This document shows, in pieces, positions 38,819 to 47,323 of a DNA stretch of 64,000 bases. Source of the stretch: Candidatus Latescibacterota bacterium (GTDB lineage Bacteria > Latescibacterota > UBA2968 > GCA-2709665); the NCBI GenBank assembly GCA_965248435.1, contig OZ252100.1, forward strand, positions 5,216,001-5,280,000, in the 5' to 3' direction. Under the pieces are notes generated by a model. The model saw nothing but the letters and a program-made list of their open reading frames with translations. It had not been told where the DNA came from and ran no database searches. Position numbers and translations under genes: made by a program. Each line of letters begins with the position of its first letter. Positions within the stretch are counted from its first letter, which is position 1.

Positions 38819-38858
38819 ATAGTACTATGTATAAATATACCCGACAATAATGTCGGGT
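38819..38858 (-). promoter_or_regulatory. sigma70-type promoter with palindrome overlapping -35
   Basis: Minus strand TTGTCG-17-TACTAT; palindrome ACCCGACA-ATAA-TGTCGGGT at 38839-38858. Confidence 0.5.
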
Positions 38859-39061
38859 TCAAGGTGGGGAATGGAAACTGCATCTCAGGAGACACCTCGC
38901 AATTCTAGGGCCGCGTCACAGATGGGAAACTCGCTGGCGTCTGCCGGGGTGGTCGAGCCGCCGCATCAGTCGGATGTCGGCTCAGCCGAAGGAGGCGTTT
39001 TCGCAGGTACCACCGTGATCTTTTGGAGATTGTTCGTCGACACCCATATCAGATCCAGCTT

Positions 39062-41554
39062 TTAGTTGTCCGAAGTGAAATGACGTTCTTCAACGTTTTG
39101 CGGCTTGGCAGGCGTTGAGGAAAAATACTCCTCGACCGTAAAACTATCCACCTGGATCGCATCATTGCGCGCTGCTTCCGCTTCTTCAATCAACCGCGAT
39201 TCTTCGGCGCCGATAATCCCTGACTCGAGAGCGACCGAGACGAGCTCTCGCGGTCTGCCCTTGGGCAATTTTTGAGCCCGAACCGCGTCTCGAATCTTGC
39301 GGTCGACGGCCGCGGCGTCGTAAGAGATCTTGAAGGCACGCTCCAGCCTCCCGAGTGCCTCGTTGGGGTCGTCGGGCACGTAGATTCCCTCAGTCAAACG
39401 ATCGCGCTGGGGACCGGGGGTCTGAATGATACGAGCAACTTGAGCGCCCAGTTCATCAGACGGCATCGTTTCGATGCGATTTATGCGTGACCAGAGGGCG
39501 ATCGGCCCTCGAACGAGCAGACCCAACCCGGGGACTTTGAGGTTCTTCAAAAGTGAGTCGAAACTGTGCTGAAGTTGTGCAAGTATGAACTGCATGGACC
39601 AATGCAGAAGGGGCAGGTCGTCGGTCCGGCGTCCCTCGGCCTCAAACCGACGGAGGGTAGCGGTTCCCAAGTACATACAGGAAAAGAGATCGGCGAAACG
39701 ACCCGTAATTTTTTCTCTCCGCTTCAATTCGCCACCCAACGCAACCATCGTAAGATCGGCTAGGATGGCGAAGGTGGCTGACGCCCACGCCAGTTTTCGG
39801 TAGTAGCGTGCCGCAGGACCGCTCACTGGCGAAATGGCCAGGTGTCCCTGAGATATGCTTAAGAAAATCGAGCGAAAGAGGTTGCGTACGATGTGACGGA
39901 TGTGTCTCCAGAGTGCAAGGTCGAACGCCTCCGTATTGCCAGATTTGAGCGCCTTGATTTCTGCAGCCGCGTACGGGTGACAACGAATTGCACCTTGCCC
40001 GAAGATCATGAGGGTACGCGTCAGGATGTTGGCCCCTTCCACGGCAATCGTGATAGGCGTCCAGCTGTAGATGTGGGCCAGGAGGTTCCGGGGACCTCGA
40101 GCAATCGCGTTCCCGGCGAAAATGTCCATGCCGTCGTTAATGGCCTTGCGGTGAAGTTCTGTAAGGTTGTATTTGACGATGGCCGTCGCGACGGCAGGCC
40201 TTGCGCCCTGATCCAGTGCGCCACAGGTGTAGCGACGGGTCGCTTCCATCAGGTAGGCGAATGCGCCGATGCGGGCCAACGGTTCCTCGATTCCTTCGAA
40301 CTGGCCGATGGATAGGCCGAACTGTCTTCGGACGGTCGCATAGGCACCGGCAGCCCGTGCCACGAACTTGGTCCCTGCAAGGGCCATTGCCGGGAGTGAG
40401 ATGCCGCGTCCTGCTGCCAGAGACTCCATCAACATCCGCCAACCCTGTCCCACTCCCTCGACACCTCCGATGATAGAATCGATAGGCACAATCACGTCGT
40501 GCCCCTCGACGGGACTATTGTAAAATGGGACACCCATCTGGTCGTGCCGCCTGTTGATCACGACACCCGGTGTCCTGGTTGGGATCAAGGCACACGTAAT
40601 CCCTGGATTCTCAGATTTGCCGAGCAGATTGTCCGGATCCTTGAGCTTGAACGCCAGACCCACGACGGTCGAAACCATCGCCAGGGTGATATACCGTTTT
40701 TCCCAGTTCAGTTTCAGATATAGCTGGCCGTCCTCTCCCTTGAAGACGAGACCGTTTGCCTGAATGCTGCCTGCGTCTGAGCCCGCCGTAGGCTCGGTAA
40801 GGGCAAAGCAGGGCACTTCCTCCCCACAAGCCAGGCGCGGCAAATAATATTTCTTCTGCTCCTCCGTTCCGTAATGAATCAACAGTTCGGCAGGCCCCAG
40901 GGAGTTCGGTACCATCACTGTGAGCCCCAAGGTCAAGGACCTTGAAATCAACTTTCCAACGACCGCACTGTTGGCTGAGGCGGAGAACTCAAGGCCACCG
41001 TAGGCCTTCGGGATGATCATACCGAAGAATCGGTTTTCTTTGATGTAGTTCCAGGCCTCTTCGGGGATATCCTTATTTACGTGTACTTCCCAGTCGTTGG
41101 CCATGCGGCAGACTTCGTTAACAGGCCCGTCCAGAAATGCCCGTTCCTCCTCGGTCAGGTCGGGATAGGGTTGTGCATTCAGACGCTTGAAATCAGGTTT
41201 TCCTGAAAACAGCTCGCCTTCTATCCATACATCGCCCGCATCCAGTACGGCTTGCTCGGTTTCTGAAATGACGGGCAGGATATTCACCCTTTGCAGGACG
41301 GACATGATCGGCGCTGACAGCAACACTCGGCGAAGCGGACGAAGGTTAAGAACCAGCGCCAGCACGACATAGACGAGTCCAAGCCAGGGGGGTGCTCCAA
41401 GAACCCACAAAGCTGCGCCCCAAGAAACCGTCCACAGCCAGAGAGGCGCACCTGCGAAACCCAGGATACAGACCACGACGAAGATTCCGACAACGCCGCC
41501 TGGAAGGAGGGACGCGTCAAGCAGCGCGCCGTATGTAGATTCTAGTAAATTCAT
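39062..41554 (-). CDS. fadE: Acyl-CoA dehydrogenase, long FadE type
   Basis: ISETE..LDAG..W.EGELFSG, VPNSLGPAELL, FALTEPTAGSDA, VEGANILTR; C-terminal DUF1974-type tail. Confidence 0.93.
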   Translation of the reverse strand: MNLLESTYGALLDASLLPGGVVGIFVVVCILGFAGAPLWLWTVSWGAALWVLGAPPWLGLVYVVLALVLNLRPLRRVLLSAPIMSVLQRVNILPVISETEQAVLDAGDVWIEGELFSGKPDFKRLNAQPYPDLTEEERAFLDGPVNEVCRMANDWEVHVNKDIPEEAWNYIKENRFFGMIIPKAYGGLEFSASANSAVVGKLISRSLTLGLTVMVPNSLGPAELLIHYGTEEQKKYYLPRLACGEEVPCFALTEPTAGSDAGSIQANGLVFKGEDGQLYLKLNWEKRYITLAMVSTVVGLAFKLKDPDNLLGKSENPGITCALIPTRTPGVVINRRHDQMGVPFYNSPVEGHDVIVPIDSIIGGVEGVGQGWRMLMESLAAGRGISLPAMALAGTKFVARAAGAYATVRRQFGLSIGQFEGIEEPLARIGAFAYLMEATRRYTCGALDQGARPAVATAIVKYNLTELHRKAINDGMDIFAGNAIARGPRNLLAHIYSWTPITIAVEGANILTRTLMIFGQGAIRCHPYAAAEIKALKSGNTEAFDLALWRHIRHIVRNLFRSIFLSISQGHLAISPVSGPAARYYRKLAWASATFAILADLTMVALGGELKRREKITGRFADLFSCMYLGTATLRRFEAEGRRTDDLPLLHWSMQFILAQLQHSFDSLLKNLKVPGLGLLVRGPIALWSRINRIETMPSDELGAQVARIIQTPGPQRDRLTEGIYVPDDPNEALGRLERAFKISYDAAAVDRKIRDAVRAQKLPKGRPRELVSVALESGIIGAEESRLIEEAEAARNDAIQVDSFTVEEYFSSTPAKPQNVEERHFTSDN

Positions 41555-41564
41555 AGCGAACACC

Positions 41565-42755
41565 TTACGAGGACGGTCGTTCCACGATGAGCGCGCAGGC
41601 TTCTCCTCCTCCGATACAGATCGAGGCCAGTCCTCTCCTCTTGCCGTAACGCGCTAAGGCGTGTAGCAATGTAACTAAGATCCGAGCCCCGCTCGCACCA
41701 ATGGGATGCCCGAGCGCCACGGCGCCGCCGTGAACGTTAACCTTGTCCATGTCTATGTGTAACTCCTGGCCGACCGCCAGGTTCACGACCGCAAAGGCTT
41801 CGTTGATCTCGAAGAGGTCGATATCCTCAAGGGACAGCGAGGCCCTCCTGAGGATGCGGGGGATCACTTTGGCGGGCGCCATGGTGAACCATTCCGGCTC
41901 CCTGGCCGCAGAGGCCTGAGCTGCGATCCGCGCAAGCGGTTCGATGCCGAGTTCGTGAGCGCGCTGGACGGACATAACCACACACGCGGCCGCCCCGTCG
42001 CTGATGGGGGATGCACTCGCAACCGTCACGGTGCCCTGTTCCTGAAATACCGGTTTCAGACGCGGGATTTTGTCAAAGTCGGCGCGCCCGGGTTCTTCAT
42101 CGCCTGAAACCGCTTGCTCACCACGTCTCTCTTTGACCACAACAGAGACGATTTCATCGTCGAAGAAGCCCCTCTCCTGTGCGGCCTGTGCTTTTTTGTA
42201 GGACTGGATCGTGAACTCATCCTGGGCCTTCCGCGAGACACGACATTCCCTGGCGCAGAGTTCCGCGGCCTCTCCCATGTGGAAATCGTTATAGGGGTCC
42301 CACAAACCATCTTTGAGAAGGCTGTCTATCATCGAACCGTGGCCAAGTCGATAACCTAACCGTGCGTTATCGAGCAAGTAGGGGGCATTCGACATGCTTT
42401 CCATGCCCCCAGCGACGACAACATTTGCGTCACCCAGCTGGATGGCCTGTGCGGCCTGCATTACCGCTTTCATGCCGGATCCACAGACCTTGTTGATCGT
42501 CGTACAGGGAACGGAGTCTGGAATGCCCGCGGAAAGGGCGGCCTGGCGGGCGGGAGCCTGCCCTGCACCTGCGGTCACAACCTGGCCCATAATCACTTCG
42601 CTTACATCATTTCCCTTTAGTCCAGCGCGAGAAAGCGCTTCACGAATCGCGACGGCCCCCAGTTCGGGTCCGCTCAAACTGGAGAGGGACCCGTTGAAGG
42701 ACCCGATGGGGGTACGACAGGCGCTCGCGATGATCACTCCAACTTCAGTCACCAT
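41565..42755 (-). CDS. Acetyl-CoA C-acetyltransferase (thiolase)
   Basis: NKVCGSG, EINEAF, GHPIGASG, CIGGG - intact catalytic set. Confidence 0.95.
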   Translation of the reverse strand: MVTEVGVIIASACRTPIGSFNGSLSSLSGPELGAVAIREALSRAGLKGNDVSEVIMGQVVTAGAGQAPARQAALSAGIPDSVPCTTINKVCGSGMKAVMQAAQAIQLGDANVVVAGGMESMSNAPYLLDNARLGYRLGHGSMIDSLLKDGLWDPYNDFHMGEAAELCARECRVSRKAQDEFTIQSYKKAQAAQERGFFDDEIVSVVVKERRGEQAVSGDEEPGRADFDKIPRLKPVFQEQGTVTVASASPISDGAAACVVMSVQRAHELGIEPLARIAAQASAAREPEWFTMAPAKVIPRILRRASLSLEDIDLFEINEAFAVVNLAVGQELHIDMDKVNVHGGAVALGHPIGASGARILVTLLHALARYGKRRGLASICIGGGEACALIVERPSS

Positions 42756-42809
42756 ACAAGACTACTCCGGAGACTCGGTTGATCTAGAATGTTGACTTCG
42801 TGCTACAGG

Positions 42810-42825
42810 AGCCAAAACCGTGCCG
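42810..42825 (-). promoter_or_regulatory. Possible sigma54 promoter of thiolase-fadE
   Basis: Minus strand CGGCAC-GGTTT-TGGCT (GG-N10-GC), 55 bp upstream of the start. Confidence 0.45.
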
Positions 42826-43025
42826 AATGCCAAGCTTGTTCCATATCATCTAAAATTACAAGAAGATATGGCCGAAAGGCGCCATCCCGATCGGGGCTAT
42901 TCAGCAGGGAACTGTCAAGATATCGTTACCTGTCCGCAGGAGGCTGCTAAAAAAATGAACAGGCTCAGTTCGCAACCCGGCGCCTTTTGATTCATCGAAC
43001 CTCCACGAGGGCAGCACGCGAAGGC

Positions 43026-43646
43026 TCAATGCGCCCGCTGCATTGGACTTTCACCCTTCGCGGGTCGATGGACATTGACCAAACACGCGAGCATACGTGC
43101 CGGTTGAAAGCCCAAGGCCCTCACAGTATGAGGGAGACGGGAATCGAAGTAAATGGAATCCCCGCTGGCGAGGCGATACGTATCCTGATCGATGGTCATC
43201 TCCACTTCCCCCGAGAGGATAAAGTGGAATTCCTCTCCTTCGTGAGACAGTGGTTTAACGTCCTTTTGCTCACTTGGAGGGATTTCAACGTGGAAGGGGG
43301 ACATCACCTTGTCAGTCAGCCGGTAAGCAAGCGCCTCATAGCTGTAGTTCAACGCTGCGGCGGTGTCGGTCTGCGGGTCAACCTTCCACCGTTCCGTGGA
43401 CCGCACGATCTCCACCCTGGCGGTCGGCGGCCCAGACATGAAGAAGTGATTCAAACTCACGCCGAAGAGCTGTCCGAGGTTCATCAACTCTCCAACGGCC
43501 GGCAGCGCATTGCCCGCTTCATATTCTTGGAGCTGATCCTCGGAAAGGCCGCTGGACTCTGCCGCTTCTTCGAGCGTAAGCCCGCTATGATTTCGGAGAT
43601 CGACAAGCTTTTCACTGAGCTGCTGTTTGAACGTTGCCTCGTCCAT
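43026..43646 (-). CDS. XRE HTH plus cupin transcriptional regulator
   Basis: GLTLEEAAESSGLS HTH; HEGEEF..LSG, GDSIYFDS..PH cupin. Confidence 0.9.
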   Translation of the reverse strand: MDEATFKQQLSEKLVDLRNHSGLTLEEAAESSGLSEDQLQEYEAGNALPAVGELMNLGQLFGVSLNHFFMSGPPTARVEIVRSTERWKVDPQTDTAAALNYSYEALAYRLTDKVMSPFHVEIPPSEQKDVKPLSHEGEEFHFILSGEVEMTIDQDTYRLASGDSIYFDSRLPHTVRALGFQPARMLACLVNVHRPAKGESPMQRAH

Positions 43647-43648
43647 GT

Positions 43649-44968
43649 TCAATCACCTTTTTGGAATTCTTCGAAATCAGCTCGCTGCAAGATTTCTCTC
43701 ACGTCCTGAATAAACTGTGCCCCCTCGAAGCCGTCCACGATGCGATGATCCAAACTCAACGATAAGTTCATGATTTCCCTGGGCTGGACAGATCCGTCCA
43801 CATATCGTGGAAGTGTACGAATAGCGTGTACTCCCATAATCGCAGATGCAGGGTAGTTGATAATGGGCGTTGCCATCACGCCACCCAGCTTACCCAGAGA
43901 CGTTATCGTGAATGTGCTCCCCCTCAATTCAGATAGATTGAGCTTCTTTTTCCGAGCTTTCTCGGAAAGTTCGCGGACTTTTATTGCGAGGTTTGCAACA
44001 TCCAACTTGCCGGCATTACGGATGACGGGGACCATCAGACCTTCCTCCGTCGCCACAGCGATTCCGAGATGAATCGCGGCTTTGAAGATGATTTCTCCTG
44101 TCTGTTCATCTACACAGGCGTTCAACTGAGGATAGTCAGGCAGGACGGTGAGTGCTGCACGGGCAATAAAGGCCAGTGGAGATGGGGCCGAGTCTGTTGG
44201 CAAGTTCCTGCGAACGGATTCAAGAGATGTTACGTCGACTTCCTCAACATACGTATAGTGTGGAATTAGCGTTTTGGATCGCATCACACGATCGGCGATC
44301 GAACGTCGAACGCCACGAAGCAGCTGCCGCTCCCAGTCAGGCTCGTCTTCTTGCGCCAACTCTGATACGGGCGGATGCGTTGGTGGAGCAACGCTCCGCT
44401 CTGCGGCCTTCTGAAATGCCTCCACATCTCGACGCATCACCCTTCCATCCGGGCCTGTTCCAGGTACCTGCTCGATGTCGATGTTCAACTGTTTAGCCAA
44501 TTCTCTGACTGCGGGCACTGCGTCGGCCCGCTTCTCGCGGCCCCTGCTCGGTATCGGGAGATGGGCCTGGGGACGTGGGGGCATGTGCGGAGGATGATTG
44601 GTGGTGCCCCTGCTTCCCGTCGGAGGAGGATTCTCAGCCTCTGGTTTGGGCGGTGCCTCCTTTGCTTTAACGGCCTCTTGGAGCGGCCCTTTGACGTCAG
44701 CATCCCGGGTTCCACCGGGTGCGACATCAGCGTCGGCATCGTCTATCTCTATCAGCACCGCTCCGACGGATGCGATGGCCCCCTCATCCACCACGAGTCG
44801 GTGAACCCGCCCAGTCCTGGGTGACGGGATCTCGACCAGGGCCTTGTCCGTCATCACTTTTGCGATGATCTGATCTTCCTGGACGGACTTCCCCTCTTCC
44901 ACCAGCCATTCGACCAGTTCTGCCTCTGCTATCCCCTCACCCAGGTCCGGCAGTACAAACCGGTACAT
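43649..44968 (-). CDS. 2-oxoacid (branched-chain type) dehydrogenase E2, dihydrolipoamide acyltransferase
   Basis: PDLGEG, TDKA lipoyl Lys, GTGPDGRV, DHRIVDG. Confidence 0.95.
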   Translation of the reverse strand: MYRFVLPDLGEGIAEAELVEWLVEEGKSVQEDQIIAKVMTDKALVEIPSPRTGRVHRLVVDEGAIASVGAVLIEIDDADADVAPGGTRDADVKGPLQEAVKAKEAPPKPEAENPPPTGSRGTTNHPPHMPPRPQAHLPIPSRGREKRADAVPAVRELAKQLNIDIEQVPGTGPDGRVMRRDVEAFQKAAERSVAPPTHPPVSELAQEDEPDWERQLLRGVRRSIADRVMRSKTLIPHYTYVEEVDVTSLESVRRNLPTDSAPSPLAFIARAALTVLPDYPQLNACVDEQTGEIIFKAAIHLGIAVATEEGLMVPVIRNAGKLDVANLAIKVRELSEKARKKKLNLSELRGSTFTITSLGKLGGVMATPIINYPASAIMGVHAIRTLPRYVDGSVQPREIMNLSLSLDHRIVDGFEGAQFIQDVREILQRADFEEFQKGD

Positions 44969-44985
44969 CAGCGTTCCCTCCACAT

Positions 44986-45969
44986 TCAGAACTCTATCGT
45001 CTTCCTCAAGATTTCCAGAACACGCTCCTTATTCGGGAGGTAGTGGTCCTCCAGAGCATAGGGAAACGGCGTATCGAAGCCTGTGACCCGTTGCAGTGGC
45101 GATTGCAGCTTGGAAAAGGCCTTTTGCTGCACCTCGGCAAGGAGTTCGGCGGCAAAGCCGCACGTGCGCGGTGCCTCCTGAATCACAACCAACCTTCCGG
45201 TCTTTTCCACGGAAGTCAATACGGTTTTGAGATCGTAGGGCAAGATGCTGAGCAGATCGATCACTTCGATATCATAGCCCTCGCCCTCGGCCAACAGAAC
45301 AGCATCACGGGCCACATCCATCATGGCTCCATACGCCAACAGCGTAAGGTCACGCCCCTCTCGAACAACTGTGGCCTTTTCCATAGGGATCGTATAATAC
45401 TCCATCGGGACCTGGGCCTTTACGGAGCGGTATATCCTCTTGGGCTCCAGAAAGACGACCGGATCGGGGCACTCGAGTGCGCCCAACAACAGGCCTTTGG
45501 CCTCGTACGGGCCCGAGGGGATGACGACCCGCAACCCGGGCGTGTGCGCAAAATAGGCTTCCGGGCTCTGTGAATGGTAATGGCCGCCTCGAATGCCACC
45601 GCCGTAGGGCATCCGGATGAGCATCTTGATTCCATACTGTCCCCCAGAGCGATAACGATACTTGGCAGCTTCGCTGACAATTTGATCAAAGGCCGGGAAA
45701 ACAAAATCTGCAAACTGAATCTCTACGATCGGCTGGAGACCGCCCAACGCCATGCCGATCGCAGCACCCACGATTCCGGCTTCCGCCAAAGGGGTATCGA
45801 AAACCCTCTCTGCGCCGAATTTTTGTTGCAATCCCTCAGTCACGCGAAACACGCCGCCAAACCCCCCAACGTCCTCTCCCAGAATCACCGCGTTTTCCTC
45901 GCGCTGCATGTGCAGCTCCAGTGCGTCGTTAAGCGCCTGGATCATGTTCATTTCAACCAGCTCTGGCAA
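44986..45969 (-). CDS. 2-oxoacid dehydrogenase E1 beta (branched-chain type)
   Basis: GEDVG, DTPLAE, EIQFADF, GGHYHSQSPE. Confidence 0.95.
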   Translation of the reverse strand: MPELVEMNMIQALNDALELHMQREENAVILGEDVGGFGGVFRVTEGLQQKFGAERVFDTPLAEAGIVGAAIGMALGGLQPIVEIQFADFVFPAFDQIVSEAAKYRYRSGGQYGIKMLIRMPYGGGIRGGHYHSQSPEAYFAHTPGLRVVIPSGPYEAKGLLLGALECPDPVVFLEPKRIYRSVKAQVPMEYYTIPMEKATVVREGRDLTLLAYGAMMDVARDAVLLAEGEGYDIEVIDLLSILPYDLKTVLTSVEKTGRLVVIQEAPRTCGFAAELLAEVQQKAFSKLQSPLQRVTGFDTPFPYALEDHYLPNKERVLEILRKTIEF

Positions 45970-45978
45970 GGGTGGATC

Positions 45979-47067
45979 CTATTGTGTTTTGCGACCGAGG
46001 AATTCTAAATATTCTTCTTTCTGACTGCGCAACGCCTCTGGCATCCGATCGTAGACATCATCGAAGAGGGATTCTATCTGAGGGGGTGGCAGGCGTTCAC
46101 AGTCCTCTATCGCGTTCGAAACGGCTTTTTCTGCGTCTGCCCATACCTCCTTTTCCATCTTATCCTCCCATATCCCCCGCCACGTTGCGTGAATCCGCAG
46201 GCGGGCCAAGGCGTCGACTTTCTCCCACTCCTGCGTCTCCTCTTCTGAACGGTATCGGGTCGGATCATCCGAAGATGAGTGTGCGCCCATACGGTAGGTG
46301 AGGGCCTCGATCAGCGTTGGCCCTCGCCCGTTTCGGGCACGTTCTGCAGCCTCCTTCACAGCCTGAACGACCGCGATCAGGTCGTTCCCGTCTACCTGTA
46401 AGCCGAAGATTCCGTAGCCCTCCGCCCGGACTGCCAGGCTGCTGGCCCTGGTCTGGAGTGATTCGGGAGTTGAGATCGCGTAGCCGTTGTTTCTGATCAC
46501 AAAGATTGTTTGGGCGTTCAGTACGCCGCTGAAATTCAGCGCCGTGTGGAAATCTCCCTGGGAGGCCGTGCCTTCTCCCAGAAAAGCCAACGCCACATTC
46601 TCCGTCTGGCGGAATCTGGCCGCGTAACCAAAACCGCAAGCGTGTGGCAGCTGTGTGCCCACGGGACTGCTCACGGAAGGGATATGGTAGTCGCGAAAGC
46701 AATAATGGACGGGCATCTGCCGACCTTTGTTGACATCTTCTGCATTGCCTATCATCTGATTCATAATCGCATCAAGGGGCACTTTCCTCCACAGCAGTGA
46801 GCCGAGTTCCCGATATGTCATGAAAATCGGGTCGTCTTCCCGCAAGGCGTAGGCAGATCCCACAGTAACTGCCTCCTCGCCCGAACTCGTCATGTAGAAG
46901 CCCAAACGCCCTTGGCGCTGAAGAATCATCAAACGACGATCCATCACTCGGTTGAGCAGGACGATCCGAAGAATGGCCAGCAGGTCGTCGTCCGGAATCA
47001 GGCCGAGATATTCCTCTGGACAACTCCCATCCTCGTTGAGTATCGAGCGCCTGCTTTCAGTCATCAT
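45979..47067 (-). CDS. 2-oxoisovalerate dehydrogenase-type E1 alpha
   Basis: QRQGRLGFY, GRQMPVHY, GEG..NN ThDP motif, HSSSDDP. Confidence 0.93.
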   Translation of the reverse strand: MMTESRRSILNEDGSCPEEYLGLIPDDDLLAILRIVLLNRVMDRRLMILQRQGRLGFYMTSSGEEAVTVGSAYALREDDPIFMTYRELGSLLWRKVPLDAIMNQMIGNAEDVNKGRQMPVHYCFRDYHIPSVSSPVGTQLPHACGFGYAARFRQTENVALAFLGEGTASQGDFHTALNFSGVLNAQTIFVIRNNGYAISTPESLQTRASSLAVRAEGYGIFGLQVDGNDLIAVVQAVKEAAERARNGRGPTLIEALTYRMGAHSSSDDPTRYRSEEETQEWEKVDALARLRIHATWRGIWEDKMEKEVWADAEKAVSNAIEDCERLPPPQIESLFDDVYDRMPEALRSQKEEYLEFLGRKTQ

Positions 47068-47323
47068 GGCTTCTCAGAGGAAATTCCTTCTTTGTTGACT
47101 GGCCGGAAGTGGGCTGCTGAGCTATATTTAAAGATAATACATTTGGGTCCACTCCTCAATCGATCAACTCGATTCCATCCATTCTGGATTCTTGTCAAAA
47201 GCGACTCCAGATGGATGGATTCAGCTCCGTGAGTTTAAGGGGCCGGGTGATTTGACTCTTGGCGACCCAAATCTCTATCTTCATCGAAATTGGATGAAGG
47301 TTGACCCGGGCCGTATTCACGAA

